Source: Eledone cirrhosa
Taxonomy: Eukaryota
Length of the DNA: 64,000 bases
NCBI GenBank assembly: GCA_964016885.1
Contig: OZ024742.1
Location: 311,736,001 to 311,800,000 of the forward strand
Direction of reading: 5' to 3'
This document shows positions 39,996-54,135 of this stretch, in pieces. Under the pieces are notes generated by a model. It was not told the origin of the DNA, did no database searches, and saw nothing but the letters and a program-made list of their open reading frames with translations. Every line of letters begins with the position of its first letter. Position 1 is the stretch's first letter. The position numbers and the translations under genes are program-made.

Positions 39996-40862
39996 TTATA
40001 TATATATATGTATATCACATAAGAAACGGAGAACCAGTGGGGCGACCAATAAAATTTATTAGACATATATATATATATATAAAATGATATTAAATAAATG
40101 GAAACTATATTTATAAAACCATATTTATTCTATTATATATATTTGAAGGGTACCAAAAAAACTTTGGTACGCTTTCATCAGATAAAATACAAAGTATAAA
40201 TTTTGACATAGTCAAGGAAACATACCTTATCAGTTGAATTTTCCTTGGATAGTGAATTTAAAGAACGGATTTTTCAAAATTGTTAGGATGAGTATGCAAA
40301 TGAGGTTGAGTATGTAAATGAGGTTGAGTTATATGATTGAAAAACCGTTATTTTAAACGCTATGTAAAGTTTAGATATATTAGTAGGAGAGAAAGAAAGA
40401 AGAAGACCACTTATATACGTTAATTCGGGGGAAAAAATTTGAATATTTACCTATATTATGTATATATTTATATGGAGAATTATGTTTGTAAGTATTTATC
40501 TTATTACAATATTGTAGTGGGTTAAATATATAAATATCTATGTATATATTTTAATAATAATATATGTATTATTATTAAAGAGATAATTTTCAATTATTAG
40601 TTGTTTATAATATGAGTTACGAGGGTGTTGATTTTATATTTTATGTAGCTAAATAAATAAATAAATACATAGGTAGTTGAAGTTTTAGGTGGTTGTTTAT
40701 AATATGAGTTACGAGGGAAGTTTATTTTGAATTTTATGTAAATAAATAGGTAGATAAAATTATGAGTTTATATATTTGAATATCTTGTTCGGCTTTGAGA
40801 ATGTTTTAATTTAACGGAATTACTTATATAATAATGTAATAAGTTTATATGATTGAGAAAGG

Positions 40863-40941
<79 letters not shown>

Positions 40942-40942
<1 letters not shown>

Positions 40943-41980
40943 TATAAAGTATGTCCATAGAATCATTTGATAAGATTTATACACCATCTCCTCTCCCAAT
41001 CAGCATAATCAACTGTCGTTTATTTATCTATTATTTCTTCATAGGTGCCTTTTAATCTTATAGCCTGGTTTAATTGGTTTTTTGTGTGGTTGATTATGCT
41101 GATTGGGAGAGGAGATAGTGTATATATCTTATCAAATGATTCTATGGACATACTTTATAGTATATTGCTCTGATTGTTAGTTATTTAATTCGTCATTGAG
41201 CCACATCGTGAATGGTTGCCAAAAACATATATATATCTATGACTTTGTCTAGTTTGTGTATATGTAAATCTTTATATTTGATAATCTCCCATAAGGTTGA
41301 GATGCAATTTAGGCAATATTAGGCTGCGCTTTCTAGCAACCAGCCCACTCGCCGTAAGGCACCAATCACATTCTTTCTGACTTGACCACTGCCACGTCAC
41401 AGTTCTTAGCCATTTTGAATTCGTTTCTGGCAGGGATCATTTAAGAAAAATCTTCGTCCAAGTGAGTTTGTTTCCTGATGATTTCGAAGCTCGTGAATTT
41501 ATCCTTGATCGGATATTTCCAAAAAAACGAATGAAACCCCTTGGGGTAGAAACGTAATCTTGGTATGTTTATATACATTTTTTTCTTCTAACTTTAATTT
41601 TATACCTAATTGTGTATGGTTGACGATATATTTAATCGATTTCCACGTGCTATTGAAATGGTGGGTAAATATTCTATAGCTGTTGATCGCGAATAGATGG
41701 CTGTCGTTTATTTATCTATTATTTCTTCATGGGTGCCTTTTAATCTTATAGCCTGGTTTAATTGTTTTTTTGTGTGGTTGATTATGCTGATTGGGAGAGG
41801 AGATGGTGTATATATCTTATCAAATGATTCTATGGACATACTTTATAGTATATTGCTCTGATTGTTAGTTATTTAATTAATTAATTCGTCATTGAGCCAC
41901 ATCGTGAATGGTTGCCAAAACATATATATATATATATATCTATGACTTTGTCTAGTTTGTGTATATGTAAATCTTTATAT
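40942..41980 (+). mobile_element. Retrozyme-like 688-bp unit (~1.4 tandem copies plus an inverted 5' piece)
   Basis: ctgtcgtttatttatc.. at 41013 and 41701; 40942-41012 is the reverse complement of about 41090-41162; no ORF; (TA)n flanks. Confidence 0.75.
41470..41553 (+). ncRNA. Canonical type I hammerhead with stable stem III
   Basis: GTTTC-CTGATGA-T-TTCG..CGAA-T-GAAA-CCCC tt GGGG-TA-GAAAC. Confidence 0.88.
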
Positions 41981-41986
41981 ATATAT

Positions 41987-42053
<67 letters not shown>

Positions 42054-42202
42054 TATATTTTTTGAGTATATGTTGGTTGTATACCATATGATTCCAGTTC
42101 CTCATTGAAATAACAACCCAACCAGGAACTGGGCATATCAGAGTATTGACAAAATTATACACCTCAACAACATGTGTACTCGTCTCTACCACACTAATTC
42201 GG

Positions 42203-42257
42203 ACTGCCTGAAGAGGTTACAGCCAAAGATGGCTGTCACCGAAATATATATAGCAGT
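42203..42257 (+). ncRNA. Canonical type I hammerhead
   Basis: ACTGC-CTGAAGA-GGTtACAGCCA aaga TGGCTGTcACC-GAAA-TATATA-TA-GCAGT. Confidence 0.9.
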
Positions 42258-42309
42258 AATAAACTAGGCCAAATTTTAAACATTTGACTTATTTATTTTA
42301 TTTTATTTT

Positions 42310-42925
<616 letters not shown>

Positions 42926-43633
42926 TTAATACAATAACAGAGAAAGCTTTAAGCTAAACTCCGACTGGTAACCATCTCACTCAACAAACATTAGGTTATA
43001 CGTTAGTATAATCCAAATTTAGTGTTTGGGGTGCTAACTATATGTATTTTGTGGAAAGCCAGTTGTATTATTTTATATGAGATATAATTAAAGTTAAAAT
43101 ATATCTCTCTTTCCAAACAATTGTTTCATTACAACTTTTCTACAAGTTGGGAGAATGTTTCCAGTTTATGTAGAAGCCTAACATATTTTCCTGTAAGAAT
43201 ATATGTAACTGGGCACTTATAAATCGTCAGTGGATGCCCATTAAACTTTGATATAAGAAAAAAATTCCTTACCGCAGTTATTTTTCGTGTCCGCTAAGTT
43301 GTCCCTTCACGCATCGAATGACCGCCAAATTTGAAATTCCAGCAGTCTTTAGACTGAGGAAGTATCATAGCGTCACGAAGCGGAAAAGGGAGACAATCAC
43401 GAGTCACGAGAAAAGTAAAATAATATACACGTGGGTTAATTAGTTTTTTCAAAAACATTATCAATCCTGCGTGTTAAGAACTCAATTAATTTAAAAAAAA
43501 TAAATGTATGCGTGTATTAATTACACACGCATATAGATATTTTCTTAGGCTAAAAACTGAGAAGTGATACCTAAATAACAAACAATACCTCATAACTAAT
43601 AAATACGGAGAGTTACGTTTAAAAGGCATCTGT

Positions 43634-43635
43634 AC

Positions 43636-43686
<51 letters not shown>

Positions 43687-43741
43687 TACATATATACATA
43701 TATACATATATATACATATATATATATACATATATATATAA

Positions 43742-43788
<47 letters not shown>

Positions 43789-43853
43789 CATATATATATA
43801 TACATATATACATATATATATATATACACACACACACATATATATATATATAC

Positions 43854-43924
<71 letters not shown>

Positions 43925-43968
43925 CATATATATATACATATATACATATATATATATATACGTATATA

Positions 43969-44050
<82 letters not shown>
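43634..44050. repeat. (TA)n/(TACA) microsatellite
   Basis: Direct reading. Confidence 0.95.
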
Positions 44051-44051
<1 letters not shown>

Positions 44052-44283
44052 GTTATTCCGGGTTGAATCGGAGGTAACCACAGTAAGTAAGATACTCAAT
44101 ACATTAAAACTTTTATACTCTGCAATGTATTGAGTACCTTACTTACTGTGGTTACCTCCGATTTAACCCGGAATAACGTACTTTTTAGCACTCTCTGTGC
44201 CCCTTATAACCATCATCAAGAAACCATGCTGACCAAACTCGACCTTGATATTTCCTTGATGAACATCCCTATCCCTCCAAGGA

Positions 44284-44291
<8 letters not shown>
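44050..44291 (+). mobile_element. Family G fold-back running into a Naiad ORF start (ATG at 44226)
   Basis: Arms gttattccgggtt..tactcaatac / gtattgagta..aacccggaataac, followed by MLTKLDLDISLMNIPIPPRKLY. Confidence 0.7.
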
Positions 44292-44342
<51 letters not shown>

Positions 44343-44347
<5 letters not shown>

Positions 44348-45119
44348 GAGTGAGCACGACAGGCAGCTGGCCCATTGTGGCTGAAACCTGTTGTCAATCT
44401 GACGTCACCATCTACATTATTATGTTAATCCCTCTCCAACAGAGTGGAACCTAAATTGAGAGAAAATCTGAGTATATATATATGATTTTTAATGCGATGA
44501 AATACCAATGATGGTTGGCAAATCACTGACGAAGGACTATTTTTATCATATGTAACCCATGTGCAACCACGCAGTATTCTTCTTTCTTCTCATGTTTTTT
44601 ATATATTTTTACCTCGACTGTGTTTGTCTGTTTCTCTCTTACTGCTTCCCCGCTCTCTCTGTTTCTCTCACCTTCTTTCGCCCCCTCTGTCAGTTACACT
44701 TTCTCTCGACTGACCTCTTCCTCACACTTCCACTTACTGACTCTCTGTTTCTCCACTTCTCATTTCCCCCCGTTTGGCTTGTCTGGGTCTCTTCTTGCTC
44801 ACATCTCACTCACATCAACACGGTCTGTACCTCTCTCGCTCATGAAATCCACCCAGCTTATGCTGACCGGAAAAACCATGTTGCTTGTTTATTTTCCTAT
44901 CTTCGGTTTGCTTTTATTCTTCTATGTTGTTTACTTGTCCCCCTCGCCTTACGCGAATTCTGGTCCCAATAACTTTTTTTAGTTATTGCTCGCACCAATC
45001 TGAGGTATCTGATTTTTAATGCGATGAAATACCAATGATGGTTGGAAAAGCACTGACGAAGGACTATTTTTATCATATGTAACCCATGTGCAAACCACGT
45101 AGTATTCTTCTTTCTTCTC

Positions 45120-45150
<31 letters not shown>

Positions 45151-45440
45151 TTATTTATTTATAAAACTGCTCTATATTATATTTTATCTGATGAAAGCAC
45201 ACCATAATTTAACTTGGTGTCCTTGAACTATGTATAATGAAATAAATATGATTTTATAAATATAGTTTCCATTTGTTAATATATCGTGTATATATATACA
45301 CACACACACACTCAGATTTTCTCTCAATTTAGTTTCCACTCTGTTGGAGAGGGATTAACATAATAATGTAGATGGTGACGTCATATTGACAACAGGTTTC
45401 AGCCACAATGAGCCAGCTGCCTGTCGTGCTCACTCTTCTA
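44343..45440. repeat. ~130-bp inverted repeats enclosing a ~527-bp unit with ~115-bp direct repeats (44483-44598 / 45010-45127)
   Basis: agaagagtgagcacgacagg..aaatctgagt and its reverse complement; tgatttttaatgcgatgaaatacc.. occurs twice. Confidence 0.8.
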
Positions 45441-45818
45441 CCCGCTCACCTTCCTCACCCGCTTACCTTTTATATAATACATCCACGCTTTCTCCCCACT
45501 CTCTCTCTTACACGCACACCTCACACATACTGCAAAATTGATAGTTAAATAAACAGATATACACGCGCGCGTGTGTATATATATCTCTCTCTCTATATAT
45601 ATATAACTTTGATAGGTTTCGGCCATGTCTAACTTAATATATATATGTAGGAGGTGAGTTTTATTGTAGAACAATAAAGCAATGCAAATATCGGATAAGT
45701 AGCACTCAACAGTTTATTGAACTGCACACACACATACGCACACACACACACATATATATATATATGTATACATATATATACTATATATATATATATATAT
45801 TTAGATTCATTTATTTGT

Positions 45819-45888
<70 letters not shown>

Positions 45889-45897
45889 TTAGATTCA

Positions 45898-45926
<29 letters not shown>

Positions 45927-45934
<8 letters not shown>

Positions 45935-46127
45935 GAGTAGGACCCCGACGGCTGAGCTCAAGCCGTTTCGACGGCTAATTCTGGACTCTGAGTCTAGAAT
46001 TAGCCGTCGAAACGGCTTGAGCTCAGCCGCCGGGGTCCTACTCGTTCCTATTACCCACTCTACTACCCTAAGTATTGAGTACTTTGGTGCGTTATGGTCC
46101 ACCTGGTTCCTTACCACACTTCCTTCG

Positions 46128-46130
<3 letters not shown>
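45927..46130 (+). mobile_element. Family F fold-back
   Basis: Arms meet at gacggctaattctggactc|tgagtctagaattagccgtc. Confidence 0.8.
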
Positions 46131-46173
<43 letters not shown>

Positions 46174-46591
46174 CCAGTGAAAGACTTGGTACATCTACAT
46201 ATGTATACGTGTGTGTATTCATATGCTTACTAGTATTTCAGTATACATATGTGGATGTACATTTTTAACTTAATTGTATATATATATATATATATAGAAA
46301 GAGAGAGAGAGAGAGACTTTGTTTCTTTTATAGTAGCAAAAGACATAAAGAGCTACATAAGATAAGTAATTGTATAAGCAGTGTGTAAGAAGAGACTATC
46401 GTAAGTATTCGTAGTTACCAACATTATTAAACCCATATTTAACGGTTTTGTGCAGCAAGTCTTCACAAGTTTGACTAGTACTCGTTCGTGAGTGGATTGA
46501 AAGGAATAGTGTTTTAAACAGCACACGACGCCGTAAGCGGGTTACAAGCCTCATTAAATACTGGCTTGAGGTGGTAGCTTTTCACTCGAAC

Positions 46592-46739
46592 CAGGGGTGA
46601 AGTGTGGTCTCCTTTAAAGCTTATGGCAAGGCAAAGAATTTCGGCATGTAGTGGCAGGTGTATGAACTAGGAGTGAGGTGTGATCTCCTTTAAAGCTTAT
46701 GGCAAGGCAAAGAATTTCGGCATGTAGTGGCAGGTGTAT
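46592..46739. repeat. 77-bp tandem duplication
   Basis: tctcctttaaagcttatggcaaggcaaagaatttcggcatgtagtggcaggtgtat occurs twice. Confidence 0.9.
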
Positions 46740-46977
46740 TTAATTCTTTCGTTTATAACAGTCCTGAGTAAACCGTGGCCCATTTGATTTTCTGAAAGGC
46801 ACGCTTAATTTCAAAATTGCCTTGAATTTTTATAGTAGTGTGGCCCGCCTTATGATGAGCCACATCCTATGTAGCCTACTGCTCGAAAAAAGTTGGCCAT
46901 GCCTGGTTTATAATTTCGTTTATAGTTTCACACACACACACACACAAACATACACACACACATAAACACGCACACAT

Positions 46978-47055
<78 letters not shown>

Positions 47056-47995
47056 ACACACACTATTGATCTGTCTAGAATTACCTCATACAGTGTCTTG
47101 TTTGTTTCTTTGTCTCTCTATTTCCAACTATTATGTATAGTGATCGACTGTGATTAAAGATGTCCCAGCCGTCACAATATAATTCTTTTCCAGACATAGT
47201 GTCTCTAAGATTTTATTACTCATTGTCTTTTTTTTTGTTTTTGTTAAAAGTCATAGATGTGATTTGAGATAAATTTGGTTGTTATTTCTTGAAACTCGAG
47301 TGCTAACTTAGCTCAGGCATGGGCAACCTTTTTCGAGAAGCTGGCCGCATGAGATATGACTCATTATCAGGCGGACCGCAAGCGCTAATTTACATTCGTG
47401 CCCACATTTAAAAAAAGGGCTGTAACTCAGGTTGTTTTGATTTGTTTCTCCAGAATTCGTACACGTTGTTTTCTTCGATCGTAAAAATGATAGAAAGATA
47501 AATTACGACTGAAAAGTTGGGATAAAAAATCAGATTTTACTTAGGTTCCCCATGACTGACTTAGCTCAGTGAAAAATATAGTCTGAGTTCAGTTCTGAAT
47601 CGGAGTCAAATTTATCTTGTTAAGCCATTGGGAACCACTTCTAACTCTCCGCTTCTTTGACAGTAAGTCAATCGATTTTAGGGTTTTGTAGATTGTATGT
47701 ATATATGGAGGTGTAATTGCCGATGGAATTATAGCGACACCGTTAAAGCATATGTCTTAGACTTAGACATTTTAAACTTGGTGGAGTCCACCCACTCTCC
47801 AGGTGAGAACATAGCTGATTTCTTCCAGAGAGAGAAAGAGATCGGAGTGGAGAGAGAGGGCAGGCGGAGAGAGAGAGAGAGACGGGGAGATAGAGAGGGG
47901 GGGAGAGAGAGAGACGGGGAGATAGAGAGGGGGAGAGAGAGTGTGTGTGTGTGTGGAGAGAAAGAGAGAGAGGGAGTGGAACGGAGAAAGAGAGA

Positions 47996-48057
<62 letters not shown>

Positions 48058-48089
48058 TAAAGTAGAAAGAGATATAGAGGAAGAAAAGC

Positions 48090-48827
48090 CTCCAGTACTG
48101 GACTGGAACTTTTTCTTATCGAACTCGGAAGAATAAGAGGCAAAGTTGATCTCGGCAGAATTTGAACTCAGAGAGCACAGAAAACCTGAACGAATACCAT
48201 AAAGCATTATATCCGACGTTCTAACGACTCTGCCAATTCGCCGTCTTTTGTTTGCTAACAGAAAGATTTCAAATTCAACGGTGCTAGAATCAATCTAACT
48301 AATGCTATATTACAGTATTACAGTATTACAGTATTACACAGTTATTTTCATTTTTATGGTATTAATGTATTTTATTGTTTAATAGACTGAAATTGCAGAG
48401 CATGTGTCTTCGTCAGAAATACAACACAAACAGCACCGTAGGGTTGCCAGGTGATCCTCATGAAGGTGCTTAGCTATTCCAGTATCTTAGCTTCGCAATC
48501 ACAGACCTGTCTACTCTCCCCGTCCGACGGGTAGATCTCCAACCCACTTTGGGGTGGGTGAGAGATGTCGTCTCTTGTGAAAATGGGTATAGCTTTCATT
48601 ATGGGCGGTGAATTGGCAGTATCGGTAAAGCGTCAGACACCCTGCTCTGTGGCATAGAGTTTCGCCCTTTAGGCTCTGAGTTCAATTCTCGCCGAGGTTA
48701 ACTTTGCCTTTCATCATTACGGGGTCGATAAAATAAAGTGCCAGTCACGTACTGGGTCGATTTAATCGACCCCCCCCCCCCCCTCACTCCAAATTGCTGA
48801 CCTTGTGCCTAAATCAGAAACCATTAT
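48090..48827. mobile_element. Two SINE copies (48090-48245 minus, 48603-48827 plus)
   Basis: Head GGCGGTGAATTGGCAGTATCGG (A box), B box and Nin-like core. Confidence 0.8.
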
Positions 48828-49412
48828 GTAAAATCTACCCATTTTGGCTCATTTCCCCCCTGTTTAGGGGCACCTTTTTCATGGTACTCCCCGTTTGGGT
48901 GTTTAGACATTGGCAGGTCTGCAATCATTCGTGGTAATGATGTGAGGGTCGTGACATTCCTTGTTGTAGAGTCTAATTGAGAGTGGATTTCTCATCTTTC
49001 TGACTTTTTATTTCATTGATTTGTTCCATTTACACATCGTAAACAATCACACCTTTTGCCTGCTGAAGAATTAAAATACTTTTGTGTCTTAACAAAGAAA
49101 GAAGAGTGACATTGATATGACTTCACATAACAGAAACATTTATCTTAGCTTAGTAGTATAATATTTATGTGTGGAGACTTTACTTATGAAGATAGACATG
49201 CGACTATTTGTAATTATCTTTCTCAATGTTTCTCGAGTATTGTTTATGTGTGAACTTTCTGTACGCAAGGGAAATTAATGAATGTATGTGAAGTCTACAC
49301 ACTCTCTCTCCCTCTTTCTTTCCCTCTGTATACACACGCATGTATATGCGCGCGTGTGTGTGTATATGTATATATGCATGTATGTATGTATGTATGTATG
49401 TATGTATGTATG

Positions 49413-49443
<31 letters not shown>

Positions 49444-49525
49444 GAACAGCATGATCTGAAAAGGTGTAGGGAATGTGGCAGGAAATGTGCAAGCATGGGA
49501 GCATATACATGTGTGTATGTGTGTA

Positions 49526-49566
<41 letters not shown>

Positions 49567-49654
49567 GTGTGCGTGCGTGCGTGCGTGCGTGTGTGTGCGT
49601 GCGTGCGTGCGTGTGTGTATACGGATGGAAAGAAAGAGAGAGAGAGAGAGAGAG

Positions 49655-50575
49655 GGAGTGTGTGGTACTTCACATACATGGGAGGTCTTAACAGACATAT
49701 GCGAACACAGTCAGAACCAAGCAGTGGAGAGTCCCAGAGGAGTCTACAGTTGCCATGTATGTGCCACAGGGTGCAAGTCTTTGGCTGGTTTGAAGATCCA
49801 CATTCGTGCCTCACACTTTTGAGCATTTTATCAGGCGATGGCAATGCTCGAAAACGAATTTGTGTCCATCATGTATGTATGTATGTATGTATGTATGTAT
49901 GTATGTATGTATGTATGTATGTATGTATGTATGTAGGTATGTATGTATGTGTGTATGTATGTATGTGTCAGGTCACCAGTTGGTGCTACTGGTAACATGT
50001 ATCCCAGTACAACCTGTCCCATGGTCGGGTCGTTGGCGACTAAACTGGCAACCCCACCAAGGTTTCTTGGTGAGGAGGGTGACTTTGGACATCCTGCAGG
50101 ACTAAAAACAAAACCTGTCAAAGGGCAAAGGAGCTCTTAAGAGTCAATGACCATTCAAAATCACCGGGAGAGATGACCCCTTAGCCTTTGTCAAGGCAGA
50201 ATTCTAGGAGAAGGAAAACTCTGATATAACACCTGCAACCCTGATGGTATCCAATGATGTTGACTTGTTCTTCTTTTTGGTAAATATCATCTTGGTTAAG
50301 AGAGTGGGACTGGCTTTGTGCAGTGCCTTTGCTCACTATAAAAGCTTCACGGCACAGGCATTGCTTTATATCTGGAGATCTCTCTGCACTTGTCGTCACA
50401 TGGTACCATGGGCCCAGCACTGTGTCAATAATTGTCACAAGTGTAGTGTTTGTACCAGAGTTTTCAAGTCGCTGGCTGGACTAAAAAGTCACACTTGTTC
50501 AGCGCATCGGTAGGGGTTCTCCTACATGGATATAAAGTAGTGGCCGTACTCGAAAACGAGTTGGCAGCCACCATG
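49655..50575 (+). mobile_element. RTE-like LINE pieces: 3' end (49655-49870), 5' UTR (49965-50245), 3' end (50290-50575)
   Basis: C-terminal Cxx[10 protein letters not shown] fingers followed by ctcgaaaacga..catgtatgt tails; 5' UTR motif ctaggagaaggaaaactctg. Confidence 0.6.
49985..50048 (+). ncRNA. Degenerate HDV-like ribozyme at RTE 5' end
   Basis: P1 GCTA(C)TGG/CCATGGT, P2 CCAGT/ACTGG, P3 ACA/TGT (L3 shortened to ACC), GGG, P4 TCG ttgg CGA, then CTAA. Confidence 0.5.
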
Positions 50576-50680
50576 TATGTATGTATGTATGTATGTATGT
50601 ATGTATGTATGTATGTATGTATGTATGTATGTGTGTATGTATGTATGTATGTGTGTATGTATGTATGTATGTATGTATGT

Positions 50681-53604
50681 TCTTCTGGTTTTATAATTTC
50701 ACAAAGTTTTACCAATAGAGAGAGAGTCGGTTTCTAACATAGACACAAGGCTCTCTCATTGGAATTTACACAACATCAACTAGGTAGATTATGTATGTAT
50801 GCATGCATGTGTAGATATGGATGTTATTGTAAGTGTGGATGTGGATGTTTTGAGTTGTATGTGTGCATGTGTATATGCTTTGTATCTGTACATGTGTATA
50901 TGCAGTTATTAGATGCAAAATGTTTGGAATGTTTTACATATTTTTACTGTTCCATTAATGGATTGTACTTCTTGTAATGGATTGTGTTCTTTCTGTTCCT
51001 GTGAAGCCTAGCTTCTCAAGATTTGTATTGAGGCAGTTACTAACATATCCCAGTGCCCCAACAATCACAGTCATAAATCTGAAGGTGTAATCAGGGTGGA
51101 GTATCTGCAGATTTCTCATCAGTTCTGCATAAATATTCTCCTTTTCACTAATCTTTGATATTATATTGGCATCTGATGGGCAGCTAATTTCCACTACTGT
51201 GCATGTTTTCTTCTCCCTGTCCCATATCATAATATCTGGTCTGTTATGCCTGCATTTTATTGGGGTTTTTACTGGAACATTCCACCAGTACTCTTTCATA
51301 TTATGTACTTGGATGTCTTCCACATTGTTGTAACTTTTAATGTGTTTATTATCGGGGCTATCTATTTTACGAACTGCATTGTACAGTGTCTTGGCCACTA
51401 CATCATGCCTCATAGGTAGATAGTACCGCGATGACATCTTTAGACAGCTGCTGATGACATGGGTGATATCCTCGATGTTAGTTCTGCAGAGTCTGCACTT
51501 GTTATCACATCTAGGTGTTTTACCTGCATCCCTATCTCTTTTGTGAATCAGGTATTTCGTGCTAATCTCCTGTTCCTGGATTGCAAAAGCGTATCCTTCA
51601 AAGTGGGAGCCAATATAGCGGTTGTTGGTCCAAGATAGACTACTTTCCTTATCTATATTACTCTCACTCTGGAGTTTCCTGGCAACATATCCATGCATGA
51701 TTTTTTGCTGATAGGCATGCAGTTTTTCATCCATGTATTCACTGCGATACTACTGGGTGTGAATTTTTGATTATCACACAGGGAATATCTCTCAAGGAGT
51801 TCCTTCCCAACTCTCATGATCTTATCTGTTTCATGCAGATAGACTTGCTCGAGAAACGGGCTCCTACGCATCGAGGTTCGTAGATGTTGTCGGAGAGATA
51901 TGATGCGACATTCAAATGTTGTCTGGACTGATGTTAGGCCTCTGCCTCCCTGCTTACGTTTCAAGTAAAGGCGGTCTATGTCACTGTTGATGTGGAAGTT
52001 TCCGGTGTTCAGTATTTTTCGAGTTCCAATATCAACTGCTCGGATTTCGTCTATCGTCCAATTGAGTATTCCAAAACATTGGTGTTAGGACAGGCACAGC
52101 AAACACATTGTGAGCCACTGTTTTGTTTTGCGCAGAGAGTTCCGATGACCATATCTTTCTTAATCGGGTGTAGTATTCCTTGGTTACGCGTTCTTTATTA
52201 CAGATGCCATTATAGGATATGTTCTCATCTATCCCCAGGTATCTGTAGCATTCCTCATCAGATATCGGTGAAACAGTTAGGCCATTGATGACAATGTTGC
52301 TAGATTGGGTTGTTGTTTTTCCCCGCTTTAGAGTCATGTATGAGCATTTATCTTGGCCAAACTCCATTCCTATATCCTTTGAGAACGTTGTAACCAGGTC
52401 AAGATTTTTCTTCATCCCATCCATGTTTTTGGCATAGAGTTTCAGATCGTACACAAAGAAATTATGGGTTAGGTTCGTATTTCTGTTCTCCTGTGAGCCA
52501 ATGATGTATCCCTCACATTTATTGAGCAGAAAGGACAAGGGGTTTAATGACAAGATGAATAATATCACAGAGAGACTGTCCCCCTGAAATATACCCCTGC
52601 AATATTTTATTTTATCAGTGAAAATTGAGTCATCCCTCTCTGTCTTTAACCTTAGGATAGTAGCCCAAGAAGAAGATAGCCTCTCTATGGCTCTGACAAT
52701 AATGTCTGGGACTTTAGCAAGTTGGAGGGCCTCTATCATCCAAGAGTGGGGAACAGAATCGAAAGCTTTCTTGTAGTCCAGCCAGACTGTAGTCATATTC
52801 CTCCTAAGTTGTCGCACCTCCAACATCGCAGTTTTGTTGATTAGGAGTTGTTCAGCACATCCCCAAACCCCTTTCTTTCCAGCTGCTTGTTCATCTGTGA
52901 TGATGTTATTATTTTCACAGTGATCTTGGATGAATAGGTTCAGGCAGGCTGTATACATCTTATACATCAGGTTCTGGCATGCAATGGGTCGGTAGTTTTT
53001 TGCCAAGTGGGTGTCTTTGTTCTTGGGGACCGGTAATGTTTATGCTAATGTCAACCATTCTGGTATAAGTGTATCTCCCTTAAGAACTTGTTGGTAGAGG
53101 TCAGTAAGATACCTCCGATAGAATATCAGTTTTTTGTACCAGTAGCCGACAATCATGTCTCTTCCTGGTGTTTTCTTATCTTGGAGTTTTCCTATCACAG
53201 TCTCAAGGGTACCCTCACTTATTTCGTATGTTTTTGTTGTAGTGTAGGAGCAATAGTTCTTTCGGATTTCTCCTAGCCACACTGCATCTTGGTTGAAATT
53301 CTTCTTTTCACCCCATATTTTTCTCCAAAAGGAATCTATGTCTTTCTGAGATGGGGCCTCAGTGACACATTATTTTGTCCTTCATATCTCTATAGACTGA
53401 TGTTTGGTTTCGTCTGAATCTTTTATTAAGCACTTTTCTCTCATCTACCTTCTTCAGGTATCGGCGTTTTTCGCTAACAGCTCTCAATTCTTGTTTGAGG
53501 GTGATCAGCTTATATTGGAGACTTCTGGTTCTACTGTTACCAAACATCGTCTCTATTTTATTTTTCACTCTTTGTTGGTGAGGAGTGAGGTTTTATTGTG
53601 TTTT
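50681..53604 (-). mobile_element. R4/Dong-clade LINE (RT + restriction-like endonuclease), 5'-truncated, frameshifted
   Basis: NYRPIACQN, WLDYKKAFDSVPH, GIFQGDSLS, YRYLG, RKQGGRGL, CRLC..EDITHVISSC, RHD, RPDI..VVEISCP..K..Y. (CATA)n on both sides. Confidence 0.9.
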
Positions 53605-53871
53605 ATGTATGTATGTATGTATGTATGTATGTATGTATGTATGTATGTATGTATGTATGTATGTATGTATGTATGTATGTATGTGTGTATGTATGTATGT
53701 GTGTATGTATGTGTGTATGTATGTATGTAAATATGCATGCATGTATGTATGTATGTATGTATGTATGTATGTATGTATGTATGTATGTATGTATGTATGC
53801 ATGTATGTATGTAAATATGCATGCATACATGTATGTATGTATGTATGTATGTATGTATGTATGTATGTATG
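53605..53871. repeat. (TATG)n microsatellite
   Basis: Direct reading. Confidence 0.95.
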
Positions 53872-54135
53872 TTCTTTTGGTTTTATAATTTCACAAATGT
53901 TTACCAATAGAGAGAGAGTTGGTTTCTAACATAGACACAGAACTCTCTTATTGGAATTTACACAACATCAACTAGGTAGATATGTATGCATGTCTGTATG
54001 CATGCATGCATGTGTGTGCAGGTATGGATGTTATTGTATGTGTAGATGTGTATGTTTTGAGTTGTATGTGGGCGTGTGCATATGCTCTGTATCTCTACAA
54101 GTGTATATGCAGCTATTAGATGCAGAATTTCATGC
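53872..54135 (-). mobile_element. Second R4 3'-UTR copy
   Basis: Matches 50681-50920, with the same junction to the tetranucleotide repeat. Confidence 0.85.

Noticed and set aside
43230-43633. Possible MITE with gatgcc..ttaaac ends
   Set aside because: The inverted match is short and imperfect, and there is no clear TSD.
46880-47340. hAT ends at about 46903 and 47313 as one element
   Set aside because: The ends face outward, so they belong to two separate partial elements with unclear boundaries.
48603-48700. tRNA-like sequences with A and B boxes
   Set aside because: These are SINE heads with an extended spacer, a downstream core and tail, and no cloverleaf. The tRNA-Trp match at 6383 is a PBS, not a gene.
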